From: Phoronis australis
Lineage: Eukaryota; Animalia; Phoronida
Direction of reading: 5' to 3'
DNA: 64,000 nt
Assembly (NCBI GenBank): GCA_002633005.1
Contig: NMRA01000349.1
Location: forward strand, 1-64,000
In this document: piece after piece, positions 34,943 to 49,488 of the stretch
How the letters are laid out: each line of letters begins with the position of its first letter
Position numbering within the stretch: position 1 is the first letter of the stretch
The notes under the pieces: model-generated
Seen by the model: only the letters and a program-made list of their open reading frames with translations
The model's database searches: none
Told to the model about the DNA's origin: nothing
Position numbers and translations under genes: made by a program

Positions 34943-35899
34943 TTCATTTCTGTTCCTACTCCACTTAGGCAAGCAACCTTGAAACTAAATGATAATACAG
35001 ATTAAACAAGCTGCTTTTATATTGAAGAGATTTCTAAGAAATTGTTTTTCCATGAATTATAGATAAGACTACAGGCAAATTTCAAGTGGGACAACATATC
35101 ACATGCTATGAGAGCACTTTTGTCGTCGTTTAACGATGAAGTCCAGTCGAAGATAAAGACAAATTTAAATATTCACCCTAATAAACGCCCAGGGCGCTTA
35201 AAATTCGTTTCAGGAGGGGGCGCTTATTGTAACTTAAGACGGTCGAAACCCGGTCTACAAAACGGGGGAAATTGTAAGCTAGCGTTCGTCAAACTTACTT
35301 CCTGTGACGTATCTGTAACCTGTAACAGACTTTCTACACAATTATGGTGCATTGCTATCAAACTTCGTTGTCAAATAACGATCATTTTTCAGAAAATTGT
35401 GCTGAAAACCCAAGGCGAAAACTCGCTGAATGACGCGTCGCAGCCTCTCGTGATCGTCAATAGGGCAACTTGAATTCTTGAATAAAAGTAGTTTTGGCTC
35501 AACAACTTACTTGGCGTGCATTCAGTAACGCTAAGACCTACGCTATGACCTAGCTAAAATCTAGCTCAAGTCACGAGTTCTCATTTAAAATACACGGCAA
35601 CACACCACAATCTCACGAAGTCTTGCTTTTTAGCGAGGTCCAAGCTTTACAGAACGGGAGGCAAAAGTCCTCTAGTTTAATCAAAATAGCGTCCCTGTTA
35701 TTTTCCAGGAGATTCGGGGTGTAAGGGTGAGGAAGTGTTCACTATCAGTGGGTCATTATAACTTAAAAAACAGCAATTATGGTTAATTAAATAATTTTCC
35801 CTTAAAAATAACACAAAGTTTTTTACGGTATTAAGTTCGAAACGTTTGGAAATTGCTGCCAATATTTATTTCTTCCTGATGCTATGCTACCTGTTGTGA

Positions 35900-38050
35900 A
35901 TAGATAGATCTCAACGACAGGCCCAGGCCTGTAGTGCGCGCTTCCTGGCCACGTGCTTTTATCCCGGTCAAGTTTTGTTGGTCTTTTTGTACAAATAAAT
36001 TTGAATTCCTGTTGAGGCCTTGAGGGCGAAGAACCGTACGGGAAAAATACAATACAATCCCTTTGACAAGTCGCTGCGTCTGTTCTGAAAGGCCAAACCA
36101 TGGGACACGTCTTACTCGCAAGATCAGCAAAACCTTAACGTTCTTTTTGAAGCACGGCGGAAGTTTGAAGAGTATAGTTACGACTAAATACCGACATAGC
36201 GGCCTGAATTCTGATAATTTCTTTATCTGAAACTTCCTTGGGATACCTCGCCTCCCATGCGTATTCCCCGGCGGAAGGATGGCCACGGTCAGGTAGGCAT
36301 TTGTGTGCATATCCTCAGAAAAAAGTACGATTTCTAACTTTAAAATACAAATTTCAAAGAAAATCGGGCAATTCAATACAGAAAAGATTCCTTTTGTCAA
36401 ACACTCCTTGTTGTCGGATTTAAATGTTCATGCGTCATTATGATTGAAAATGGATTAAAAACTGATTTGTAAATGATTTTTGGCAATTATAATTGTTTCT
36501 TATAAGAAATTCCATGTTCCAATAAATTTTGATGAAGATTGAAATTCAGTATAATCGATTGCATATTAATTCTTCTCATAAACAGTCAATATTACAAATC
36601 AACGTGAATTAACCACACAGGCGGATCTAGGATGTCGCAAGGGAGAGTTACCCCTAATGCTGCTTGTGGGTTACGCTTTAAGAAATAGATGTCGGTGTAT
36701 ATTAGCGTGGGTTCAAGAAATTTTGGGCAAATAAATATCATATGCCCTCCAGGCAGATACGTGCAGTATGTAGGATTGTAAAGCAAACTACAGAGGCAAA
36801 TTAAATTGATGAAGGTTATTTCCGAGAAATCGTAGTTCCAACCTGATCAAGAAAGAGGAATTTATTAAGAGGGTTTCTGATTGACCCCAGGACCATTGTT
36901 CAGTATAACGTGCTAACACAAGATGTTGGTGATTACTGTTATATGGCGTTCAACTCCGCACACAGTTGTGACCAAGGACATACATGTAATGAGATTATAC
37001 CTGAACGCGGTGTTTCAGGGCAAAATTGTGAAGCAAGCTACATTTAACTGTCGCTGACTTTTGTTTACGATGTTGTCCTGTATTCATACAGTATGAATAC
37101 CAATCGACCAGATGTGTGTGTTTATTACACATGTATGTGCTTCAAGCACGCGGCTATTAAAGTTAGGCCTACTGCAGAAACGAAATAGTTGCTGCTACGC
37201 CACTTGCATGACGAGGCTAAAAATCGTTCATAGTCCGCCATTTTTATTTTGTTGTAAAGCTAACCAATGACTGATTCCCTCTAATTGTTAACGTGTTCAC
37301 GATTACAGTTGTAAAGGCTTAATTACACAGTAGTGCATAATTTGTCATTTATCATTAGTTTTCAGCTTCGTGTTTAGAGCAGACAATTGTTCTGTAACCT
37401 GGCTTAGTTAGTAACCGTTCGTTATGTATTAGGCCCAACTTTCATATTACTTAAGTGTTCCAGTAACTCATAAATTTGGTTGTAGACTTGCAGACGCTTG
37501 ACCTGCAATAAATCATCAAATGAGAATGAGGGTGAGTCCATAAAATTATTACATCTCAATTGAAGTGCTTCTCTGGAACAAATTGCCTGCATCAATAAGA
37601 TGTTACAATGTGCCAGAACCGCGTTTCGATATTGTGTCATGTCTTTTGCATCGCGTTGGCAATTGCAGTTATAGCCGAGTTTACCAAACCTCAGGGTATC
37701 GAACCGCAACCCTGATAAAATACCTAGTCTCCTACACAGACCCACGAGATTGGTTAGGGTTTGCTACAGGGCACTTTTCCATCCGCATTCTTGGAATATC
37801 ATTGGCTGTTCCGATTTCAAGAAACAAGGCATTCTATTGGTCAGTTGTATAATAGGTCAAACTAGTTCACCAACATGGCGACTTCCAGTAAAAGAATGTC
37901 GGTGGATTTACAGCTGCTTAAATCTATCTCTGTTTTGATCGAACTCCTGCATTTCAAAGCTAAAGAGTCAAGGAATACATCACCAGTAACGTATACGAAA
38001 CATTTTATGATAATTGGTCAATATACTATGCTGGATTCTGAAGTAATGTG
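35900..38050 (-). pseudogene. Decayed Toll-like receptor-like relic (LRRs, two LRRCT-like caps, TIR)
   Basis: Minus-strand fragments in TLR order: TEIDLS (about 37925), LRFGKLGYNCNC (about 37670), LQLRCNNF...FDDLLQVKRLQVYNQI (37570-37475), LYNPTYCTY (about 36770), then TIR-like GYAHKCLPDR...AGE and SVFSRNY (36315-36175). Many stops and frameshifts. Confidence 0.45.
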
Positions 38051-40839
38051 AATTTTTACGAAATAATTTGTGGAAGAAATAGGCATTACCTGCCATTACC
38101 ATTACCCCATTAGGCCACCCACAACAACAGTCGCGTACTATAGCACCGAATAGCGGGAAAGGACTAGCTGAGTGCGTCGCGGCTAGATTGTCTCGATCTT
38201 TTCAGAGCACACTCTCTCGTATGTTAACATGTTCGTGTGCGTTATATAAGTTCCCGTGAATGCCGTGAAGGTTGAACTGGTGGGTCAGATAAGGATATAA
38301 TACACTGTCACTGGCACACTTGTTACTTTTAACAGACGTTAGGAGCTTAAAAATACAGCCAATGGTCCTAAACACGCAAACATTAATCAGTCTAGCAGTA
38401 GTGTTATAATGACTGATTTTATCGCTTTTGGCGGTGCCATTCAGCAGTGCCTTTGACTGTCATCGTACAGTCATACGGAGTATTCAATTATTTCGGAGGT
38501 TGTTTGTTGCCGTGAAAGTATGATTATACCCACTCTATAATCAGCAAGATAAAACCTCACCCTTTTGTGAGTTGGCACAGTCATTAAGACTGACCCATTT
38601 TGGTGAGAGCCTCAATGAGAGTCGACTTTTCTGATAAAATAATTACGCAAAGTTATTATTTACAGGGAATTGAATTTCAGCAAGAATCTCTCTAGGCTGT
38701 ATTCTTTTTAACACAAGAAGCCTCAGTTGTATATGAAACCTTGAGTGGTTTTGGTGGAAAAATGGATCATTTTATACAGTTCCAACCAAAAAGTAAATAT
38801 TTTTGTGTGGAATTTATTTGGAAATTCGCCCTTTCATGCTGACTTTTGTAATGCCTGAGTTACTGGTCAGAGGGGCACATTTGGTCATATGCAATCTATG
38901 CAAGTGTCCTCTCTCTCCTGGACCCAGACTCGTCGACTGTTTCAATTTTTGCTTTCCACATTCACATGACATCAAGTGTTGCAGTTTGCAACAATCATCT
39001 ATTAATTTCAGTCTAATTGCAAAACAATGTCTCGGAACCATTCTAAAACATTCCAAAACTACTAAGGTTCTCTGTAATCAAAGCATCCTGGAGTTAGACA
39101 TTGTAAGCAAGTGGATTTAAAAACTGGTTTGTTGAAATGACTAGTTGCAAAAACATCTCACATTTTAAAATTGGGAGCTCAGGGTACTTCAAAGATTTTG
39201 AGTTGGGTCACTTAGCGCAAATTGACGGTTTCTTGCGCGTTAGATGGGTTGGATTGTTATCCAGGCAATAGTCACTCACTGGCAATCCGCATTTTGAGAA
39301 CAAGTTTTAATGTCTGCTATTCAGTGAAAAACAGGTTCCTGTTATGCAGTTGAAAACACTGCATGGTTCTCAAAGTAGGGGTCCCCTGTATGTGACTATT
39401 ACCATTGTGTTTGCTCAGTGTTTTGAACAACATGCTAGTGTGTCATTCTTGTGGTTAGGATCTACATAATACAGCAGTGATTTTAGTCAACATTTCGGTC
39501 TTTTCGAACAGTTTTTCAAAATTACAAATTTGACTCTTATTGAGGGGGCCTCCTCGTGGCAAGAGTTGGGCAGTGTGAATTGCTTCAGAACATTTGCACT
39601 GGCAGACACCCTCACGTTGACTCAAAATTAAAAACCGTGATGTCATTAATGTGTTCCTAGAAACATTACACTCCATGGCATAGGCTTCAAATCACACAAC
39701 ATGCCATGAAATTTGTCTAACCATTGGGAACTTTATTTTGCTGATGTATTGATCAGAAATATGGTTTAGGTTAGGGATAGACTGAAGTACTAAGTCTGGG
39801 CACTATAGTGGTGGGGCGCACAACAGGGCTACCCCATTTTCATTGCAGACCCTTCCCTGATAGAAACTCATTCCGGTTTTGTGCTTGCCTAGCTCCCCTG
39901 GGCCCTGTCCCTGTCCCCTGTTCATGCAGTGCTTCCAGGTTGCCTCTCATCACAATCACAATCATTGGTCGCCAACAATTTCTGTTGAATAATTCTGACT
40001 ACACCAATGGTGCTGGGGAAATAGGTTATTAAAGACCCGACTACCATTCAAGTTGCACACTCAGTGCCATGTGAAAGCATAGACCATTATGAAAGTAACA
40101 CCTGGGCCCTGGGTTTCAACTTTTTACTAGAGAATATTTTTATTATTTATGACAATTAATGATCCCAGCATTGGAGCTAAGAGTTTGGGTCTGAGCTCGA
40201 GGTTTTGCTAGAAATCTTGAGTTTTTACTCAAGTTTTAGCTCGAATCTAGTGGTCCTTAAGTACTATTTTGAACTTGGAAGGAAGTGGACTGGAAGTGAC
40301 AAAAAAAAATTTCGAGTTCAATTTGGATTGAAAGCATCACTCTAGAGGTGTATTCCCAAAACATGATCTAATAATCCGTTTTCAGGGTTTTAAATCAATT
40401 CATCAAGACTGAGCTAGAACCTGCTTAGCCCAAAAAGCATTTAAATACAATGTGGAGAATAATAAAGCATCTGTACTAAAACGAACCCATTTTAAGTTAC
40501 TTGTCCACAAAGTGTACTATTTTTAAGCTGCTATTAACCCAACCTTTCTTTAGAACCGTCATGTAACAATTTAAGATTGGACTCACTACCAACACTGTTG
40601 TTTTTGGCCTAAATAGTAGCCCAAATCTAATCAAAATTGGTCGCATGGAGATTGGCGTATCCAGCAGTTGGATTTGGATCCTAGAGTCTGGTGTCAGTAT
40701 TCGCGTGTGTGCTCGTGGTTAGACTCTTGATCTCGTAATGTTCCTTACCGAGATTACATGTGGCATATTGGCTTCCGTTGAACGATAGTTTGTTATTGCT
40801 TAAGACCTGGTGCAATAACCATGGCTTTGAGCAATAACA

Positions 40840-41620
40840 AAGTTTGAGTTCTTCCAAGTCCACTAAGGAACAAGTTGAGACAGGGATAGAAACATGGCTT
40901 GGAATTTTCTCTTTTAAGAGGATTTCATATTTTTTTGTTTTTATTTCCTCTTGTTTGATTTCAAGCCTCTTTTTTATCATTACTTCGACTTCATTCATGC
41001 AAAGACTTTTATTTTTATTAATTAAATTTTACAACACGAAAAATATTTCTATCACACAAGCCTATTTGTGAAAACGATACATCATCTGGAAAACTTTCCT
41101 CTTTTAGTCTTTCCAATTCCTGTATGTAGTGGTAAGTTGTTCAGATCAAAATGTATTCTTTGTCACATACAATGCATTCATAGCACCTTTAAAGGAGTTT
41201 AATTCGAAGGAAATATTGAAGCCAGCAAACACCAGCTGATAAGCGCATTCTGAAATCAACTATGGTGCTTGCACTTTCCAAGATGTTCAACCCACATTGT
41301 TAGTTATAGGGATAGGGTTCATTCCACCATCCTTTGGCTTTCAGGGTACTCTCCTTAAACCATTCCAAGGGCGTACTCCCACAGGTTTATACAGGACATG
41401 AAACTCAGCTGGGTGATTTCTTTCAAACAATTTCTCTTCAAAATGGTGCTTGAAAAAATCCCTACCAAAGAAAACGTTTTCACATGAATACAACGTGTTT
41501 CACTCCGGAAGTTAAAAACACTGCAAATGGTACCTTTTCCTACTGCAGAAGGGGTTTTGTTACGATACCTGTATTTTCAAAATTTTGGGCACCAGAAGAT
41601 TTTTGACAATAGGAATCTCT
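40840..41620 (-). pseudogene. Possible decayed DNA-transposase fragment, family not assigned
   Basis: Stop-interrupted coding-like frame (NPIPITNN..., Lys/Glu-rich helix, LEELK) with no intact ORF. Confidence 0.3.
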
Positions 41621-44517
41621 GAGCCGGCTTCTTCAAGCTTAATGAGTGAAAAAGACAGCTGTCCAAGAATTACTACGAAAGAATTCAGTTGTTAGCATTA
41701 ACCCTTATAAAAAGATTGTGTATTTGTAACATTAGGCTACATTTTCATTGAACTCCAAACCTCAGATCACATACCTAATGTTTTTTAGCCACTGTCTTAG
41801 TGGGTGGAGATTCTTCTAGTACCAGACTATGCATAAAACTAAAGCTAAGGGCCCATTTGGGACATCTCTCGGGTATTTGTGTAGCTACAAATTTATCCTC
41901 GGAATATCTAAAGCACCTCGGCTATTTTCCTATTTACAAATATTTCTTCGAAACACTTCGGTTATTTTCGTAGCCTCAACTATCCTCTCAGAGATTAACG
42001 TTATCCAAAATATGGGAAGTCACGTGATTTCAGTCTTGAGAATAATATGCTAACTAAACTCTGCACACTTGCACAGTGCGTTCACCTTTTAGGTGAAATT
42101 TGAGGTTATGAAAACACCCAAGGTGTTCTGGATGTCCTTGGAAGCAATTGTTTTCAGTGCATGGTCAAACTTTGGTCATTATGGCCAATTATTCTCCACT
42201 AAGTTTGAAAGTCAACGCACGTTAAATTCACCAAGGTGATTTGAATTGCTTAGGACCCTCAAGTTGTGCAGGATCCCATCTCAAAGCGGGAAATGGGAAG
42301 AAAATATTATGGCAGCGAGGGGAGGGGTGTAGCTCGAGAATTGTTGCTTCCTGGAGGGTCGGAAATTGTGGTGTTCTAGGGAGTGAACACTGTGTAGGCC
42401 ACGATTGCACGAAGTGGTGGAAATTGGGCTCCAGATGTGTCTACTGTAACATGTACAGTAATTGATTTGGGGGCCATGGCTCAGCCTAAAGTTCTCCCAG
42501 ATTCCATTTGGAAGTTTGGGGGTGCGAATGTCAGAGAGCAAAATACTCTGCCCCTGCCCCCCTCCCCCAACTCAAAATCCTGGATCCGCCCCTGCTGTAA
42601 GAGAACTAAACAATTCATAAAAAGCTTTCAAATAATGACACTGAAAACTGCCAAGCAAAAAGGGGGAAGCGATTGTCAATTTAGGTTTATTTACATAATA
42701 AGGAATCGATAATTACATGAATTTCAGCTCAGTTTGTTGATAATATAACAATATAAACAGCTACTTCACCAGAGACTTCGACCGCAAACGCAACCCAAAA
42801 ATAACTTTTTACTCTTGCGACACCTTGTGACCTCATAACTTATTACCGGATATAGGCATGCGCACGTCAACTTCCTGGTCAAAAATTGGCAGCTAGCAGC
42901 CAATGAAATCCATCGTTCTAGTGCCCTGTACCTAGGCCTTTACAAGCAATCCGTGACGTCAGCTTGTGAGGCCCGGGAACCAGGTTAATAAATACCCTGA
43001 TAATGTGTGCTAACCATTCAGCCAATAGGCAATTTCTCGTCAGCGAGTGGCTAACAGAGACTCATGTCGCAGAACTTGTTATTGTGTTTTTGGTTTCTTT
43101 TTGTTTAGTAATCGTATTAAATCGCTTACTGTTGTTGTTTACTACCACTTTCTCCGCATGCAGAAGATGAGTAATACTTCCTATTCTTACAAATGTTTAT
43201 TTGTCAGCATAGTGCATCCTTTATTTGTTCATTTATTTCATTGGTCAATTCGTGTTTCTCAGGTCTCTCTCTATATATATCACTTTCACTATATTTTAAG
43301 TAGTATCAGTTCTGTAGCTTCAGTAGTATGAGTTGATTAGTAGTTTGTTCTCCGCATTGAGAGTTGTTCTCATCATTCGTTGACAGTCTTCAATATACTA
43401 GTCAAGAGTCATCTCTTGTGTTCTTGCCTATACGAACCACATTTTCCCGTGTACTCCCCAAAACTCATACAATTCATTGGAAGTACGTTTATAACTCAAC
43501 CATTACGTTTTTGACTATGGCTTGTATACACAGTTATGTATGTTTTTCCATGTTTATCTTCTATGTGTACCTCTCTGTAAATAATTCTGTAAACTTGTAT
43601 TTTCTATCTGTAAGTAGCACTTTTGCTAATGTCTCTTTTGTTGTATCTACCCACACCCTGATTTATAATATACGCTTTACTCATACGTACACTTACCAAG
43701 TCCGGGGTTTGTTGAAAAAACTAAACTGTGATTAAGGCCACTTATTGCCTGCCCTTTTATCTTGTAAGGAACTGGCAGTCTCTCAGTGATAATTGCACAT
43801 GACTTAATTGGCCACATTATTTTACAGTTCACACACAGGTTGTACTGGAATTTTGATAACAGTGGACTGTCATTTGTAAAACTTATTTAAGTTTGGGTTT
43901 AAGATATAACTAGTTAACATGAACACAAGAGATAGTTTCCGACAATGGAACTATATACAAATATTTACATGTACACGATATAGGACACAGCCAGGATGAG
44001 GAGGCTCATCTACCAACAGAGGGAGTACACATATGAGTTTGGGTTTGAAAGCAATATCTGAGAGTTGCCGCAACTGTTACATTGACAGAGTTGTGAAGAA
44101 TTCATGAGCAGCTGATTAAAAAACATTTAGTGTACTCATGCTTCTAGTATTATTTGGGAGACTTTTGTGTCTTATGTTTTGATAACAAAGAGAAAAATAA
44201 TCATTAGTTTTTTTACAATAGCTTGGAATACTTAATGGCTTTCACAGTTACACTGTTGCAAATTTTGTTAAATGCTATTAGTTTGTCATAGAAACAATTG
44301 ATTCTATTACAAACACTTGACTTATTTATTCCAGGTAAAGGTGATCACAGTATTTTCAAGTACATCAAGAGCAACGGAGCCATTAGCATCGACTTGGAAG
44401 TATATAGTGGACAAATTTTAAGTTTTTGCTAGGATGGTAAGTTTAACACTACAGCAGTATTAAAGGTACAACAGATGTCTTGGTCTCTAAACCCTTAAAG
44501 CAGGAAGAGATAACCTG

Positions 44518-45918
44518 GGCCCGGTCTCCAATCTCCGTACTCAGACTCATACTCATACTCGAGATTTTATACTCAAAATCGTGCTCACTGGAGTCGTACT
44601 CAAAAAAGCGTATCTAATGTCGTATTTCGAGTAGACTCCAAACGTACTCAAATTTGACACTCATACTCGAGTTGCTATGGAACTCTTTACGATGTGAAAT
44701 GCAAAATCACGCAAAGCCGCGCTGATTCATCGCTCCCTATTGGAACAGACCACCCCAAGAACTAGGCCTACATTATCGTCTGCTGTCCCTACAACTACAA
44801 GAGTATGCCTATAACGTGGAATTCTGAGTGTTCTGTAACTGTTATTCATTTTTTAGTTTCAATAAATATTCTTATGCCATTTCTTTGATACATTTGGCAA
44901 TTACTAAGCTTTACTTCTTGAGTTCCTCACACAGTCCCGAAAATGTCTTTAAGAAATTTGTAACAGCTTATCACATCACATCTCTGTTGCTAATTTAGTC
45001 TTGACGCAAAACCCATTGCTGTGTAGGCCTACGCCGATGTCAAACTTTGATACTGTATCTTTGTATTTTACCGGGATGTAACAAGTGAGGTTGACATTTG
45101 GCACGTGAGTTAAAAAAACAATACTTGTGCAGGCATTCAGAGTTTAACTTCACCAGTGGCAGTGAACGGGACGAGACGTTTACTTAGAAATCGACAAACA
45201 AAATCTGGAATTCCATTTGGGGATTGAGGAATTATAGATGACTAAGTTATGATGAGAAATGTACCTGACAGGGAAGCGAACTTTTTTAACTTCCCTCCCC
45301 TCCTCGTCTTTTGGAAACCCTACAAAACGTAAGTACACATACCGAAATAACGGCAGCACAAACTTCTCACACGACTTTTCCCACAACTGCTTTCGACGCT
45401 TGTTAATGTTATGACTCGCCGACAAGGGATTACAATGCGCCTGTTGCCAGGAATTGTAGAGGTAGAATGGCGGCCATAACATACAGTGATACGGCGGGTT
45501 AATAAGGTGAAGAATAAGAAGATTTAAGATGAAAACTATTATCTCTGAACTGAAATTGAAGTGCTGAGATACGGTAAGAGGATTTATTTTTTTAGATTTG
45601 CTGTGTTTCTTGGTTCCCTTTCGATATTTTGTTCTCTGGCTCGTATTTATTTTCGAGTACGATTTCAAGCACACTGCCATACCAAACTTGAAATTTGAGC
45701 ATAGACTCCAAATTTTTACTAAAAATCGTACTCGAAATATAGATGAGATACACTTCAGTTCGAGTACACTCGAAAACTGAGTACGTGCTCGAAATTTCGA
45801 GTACAGATTTTTCGAGTATGACATTGAATACACCAAAGCTGAGTCTGTACTCGAGTTGAGTATGAAGTGTGAGTTTGAGCATGATTCGAGTCTGAGTACG
45901 GAGATTGGAGACCGGGCC
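44518..45918. mobile_element. PIF/Harbinger-type non-autonomous element inserted in the Kolobok TIR
   Basis: TIR ggcccggtctccaatctccgtactcagactc, CTG/CAG (CWG) target, subterminal gtactc/gagtac repeats; possible THAP-like remnant (LRFVGFPKDEEGRE) at 45290-45340 minus. Confidence 0.8.
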
Positions 45919-48900
45919 CAGGAAGGGACAACCAGCTAAACCGCCGTTTTTGGCCTCCTTCCCCGGACTAATTTCAGGACTTAAGTTTCCTTTAAAAGAA
46001 AACATATGATTTTATCAGAGAGATTAAAGCTTTTTCTATAATAGGATATCAAAAAAAACTCACTTTTCAACCTTAAACAGTGGTGTTGTTGTACTTTGAA
46101 AATATCGACTTCAGCGCACGCAATCGCAACTTCCCACACGCAGTCACGGGTATTTAAGCTTTTCCGTCGATGTATAGATGGCGCAGTAGTCAAGTACTCC
46201 CTCATTTGCATATCAAATTTGCATGTGGGAGTTCCGAGACTCTCGTCAGTTGTTGTCGAGCGCTTGAGTGGATAAAGCGGTGACCTCCTGCTGAGAGCAC
46301 GCGCTGATGAAGATACCACAGCTAACTAGTCGCAATCAGGAGGTGAAAACACTCTCATGACCGCAGTTCTGAATTCCAGCTAAGCAAGCCCTATTTCAAG
46401 GAGCGGAATTTGAATTGTTTTTGTCCCCTGACTGTGGATTGCAGAGAAAATTAGAATGAGGTCAACATCGAACTTTCTGCGGCTACCTATAGTATTGACA
46501 AAAGTTTGAAGTGTCAGAACCATAGACGGAGCGCGCGGGATGGCTATGATTCCTGTTCTTCTTCAGTTGACGAAAACATTGCTATCGGTATAAAGAATGA
46601 CCGTGGGAATTTTGAGGTGGACACCTGTATCCAAGAATAAATATTAATACTCTGTAATATCTCACCCTCCGCGTTTCGTTTCTTTCACGTTGTTAGAGGT
46701 TGCGGTATCGTGAAACAACGCCTTCGGGTGAGAGAAGTTCCACTGAATAACTGGAATTGGCTGCAGTTCTTTCCTTTAGAATGCCCGGACTCAACTGTGC
46801 CGTTTTCTTTGCAAGTCTCTTGCCTGCCGAAAGTTTTCTGAGCATTGAAGACATCGGCCTTCTCCTGCGCCAATCATCCTTATATCTGCTACAGAAATGT
46901 TATGCCTAATTTTCTACCATTTTAGCACACTTTGTGGCTCTGCTACAATTAGCACTGCCATAATCGTATTTCTTAATTCCGCCACAGCATGCATATTTGG
47001 AAGTTAGTTTTGCTAGGTGTTTTTCCAAATTAAGCCACAACAGTTGTTCATCATTAAATGCCTCATATTCCTCGAAGCCATGAACATTTCCGTCAACACA
47101 AAACGCACCCTTGCCATTCTTAAAAATTCGTAAATAATTATGTGCTATAATTGCTTCGAAGGACCGGCAATAACCGTAACTGGATAGTCGGCAGCTTCGC
47201 GACTAAGTCTACAGCTAACTCCTGTTGAAATTCTCCATACTTCAAAATTCTTGTTTGCAGGTGCTGATAATTTCCTTCAATGATTTTCATAATAAGAGAC
47301 TAGAAATCCGAGTTGTCACACACGCCCACTGGCCTGGTGCTGCCTTACATTTTCACTGGCCACCTTGCTGTAGTCGACTTGCGCAATAGCCGAATTAGTG
47401 TCCACATTTGTAGTCACGTGCCGGGTACAGGCCCATGAAACAAGTTGCAGCAACAAATTCAGTACGAATCCATAAACCTTTTTATACGCACAATTAAATG
47501 CGCAAAACTGCTCCTGTATTTCTTAAACCTTTAATTTAATGCTCGAGCTATACAACGAGTGCGTGTTGAAACAAACATTGACCTTGGACCACAGATGGAC
47601 TCCTTGCATCAGGACCTTAGTAAGTGGTGGGAGGGCGAGTGCCTCCCCCCAAAAAAATGCATGCCTCTGGGTTAAGCCATGGCAACCGACAAATGTGTGG
47701 GGCTGGTGAAAGACACAAAAGAAAGACTTCGAATACTGATCAGAGAGAAAACTCAAGAGAACTTTGACAACTCGGTATCAGTGTATGGTTTACCATTTGA
47801 GGGCCCTGGCTACGACAATTCTTGTTAGGGTCTCCGTTCTTGCAGCATAGGTCGTCTAAGCGCTGTTGAAAATGTGCAATTAATCATTCATACATGTATT
47901 TCGAAAATTCGAGAAAATTTGTAAAGCAAAAGTTTTGCGGAGCGTATTAATTCAGACCAAGTTTTTCAGTGGTCCATAGGCGGTGCACTACAGGGGGGCT
48001 GAGGGGGCTTTAGCCCCCACTTTTTCAGTGCTGCGCCCTCTATACACCTCCGACATGACACTGCCAACTACTCACGGGAGGAAGTTGAGATTCCAAATTC
48101 ATCAAAAACACAAAAAATTCGTGCACAGCACAGAAGCTGTCTTGTAAGAAATGGCGATGCGTCACTGAACTTAGTTGAAGGCTGAAGGCTGACTTGCAAA
48201 AATTCGATCTATCATCAGATCACCATATCGCAAAGAAGGACACTAAACGATAACAGTGATATTCATGAATATATTGAATAATAACTAGACTAAAGAAATT
48301 CAAAAATTTACAAACCGTAGATCGAAAAAGAAGTTCAAGTCACTGCTCATAAATTTGGAAAGACTGTCTTTGCATTTCCTTGATGCCTGTAGTTCTCAGG
48401 AGTATTGTGCAATGAATTTAGGTTCTTCTAAACCGAATCGTTTGCTTGACATTCCCGTGCATACCGCAACGGCTGGACACGTCGTGACTCAGTGACGCAC
48501 CCGCGTTAAAAATAAGGTGTAGTCATGCAGTAGGCTGCCTGCGTAGAATCCGCGCACAGTGATTGACGGGAAAAGAACTTGAACTGCAGGGGTTGAAGTG
48601 TGTGCATTTTTGGGACACGCGTTCCATAGCATTTTCCCCAGCCGTCTGTCAGAAGCTGGACCAGTGGCCGTGTTTCAACAAAGAATTTTGATACAGCTCT
48701 ATAGGCCAAGCCTCGGGATCATATCTTTCAAAAAATCATCAGGAAATGACCGTATTAAAATGAACTTTTCCCGAAACTGGGTCAAACAAAACGACCTTGG
48801 AGCCAGCCTAGGTTCGAGTTAAGCCGCACGTCTCAAATGAATCGTAGCGGAGCTTACCCTAGCGACTAGCATTAGTTCGTCGAATAGCGGATTTGCAGCG

Positions 48901-48991
48901 ACGCCATATTGAAATTAGGTTAAAATGGTGCATTGTGGGTACTGTGGTCAGGATTCCGAAAGCGGCCATAGTAACAAGCATAATACGCGGT

Positions 48992-49201
48992 ATGAGCGCG
49001 AAGAAAACTTACGGCGGATACACTTGTTGTGTTCCTGGCTGCTTCAAAAACAACAAGAGAGATAAAAACCTGAGTTTGTATGTGTTCCCTGCAAACCAAG
49101 AACTTCGTGAAAAATGGATAAACAACATTAGGAGACCTGGGAGTAAGGGGAAATTTAGCGCATTCAAACGAACGCGGGGCCATCTAGTAGGCAACACGTA
49201 G
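48992..49201 (+). pseudogene. Truncated THAP domain ORF
   Basis: MSAKKTYGGYTCCVPGCFKNNKRDKNLSLYVFPANQELREKWINNIRR: C-x4-C, FP and RxxW present; the CxxH and AVPT parts are lost. Confidence 0.75.
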
Positions 49202-49337
49202 CCCCTCGGTTGGCCATGTAGGGGCTACAATACTTCCATTCGCTTTCTGTACTCATTTCGTTACTCCAGTGTATTTTAAACGGGCCGTGACCGGATTTGG
49301 GTTACCGATTTCGAGTTTTCACCTCGTCAAAAATACA

Positions 49338-49488
49338 NNNNNNNNNNNNNNNNNNNNNNNNNNNNNNNNNNNNNNNNNNNNNNNNNNNNNNNNNNNNNNN
49401 NNNNNNNNNNNNNNNNNNNNNNNNNNNNNNNNNNNNNNNNNNNNNNNNNNNNNNNNNNNNNNNNNNNNNNNNNNNNNNNNNNNNNNNN
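49338..49488. other. Assembly gap (N-run)
   Basis: Run of N bases. Confidence 0.99.

Noticed and set aside
35882-36400. 172-aa minus-strand ORF as an independent gene
   Set aside because: No recognisable domain in that frame; the TIR-like motifs lie in a different, stop-interrupted frame.
43047-43735. Hydrophobic ORFs resembling membrane proteins
   Set aside because: T-rich low-complexity sequence produces F/L/V/S/Y bias; no splice or domain support.
45180-46005. Longest ORF-track entry (218 aa) and the overlapping 137-aa ORF
   Set aside because: They run through Harbinger subterminal repeats; at most a short THAP-like remnant is meaningful.
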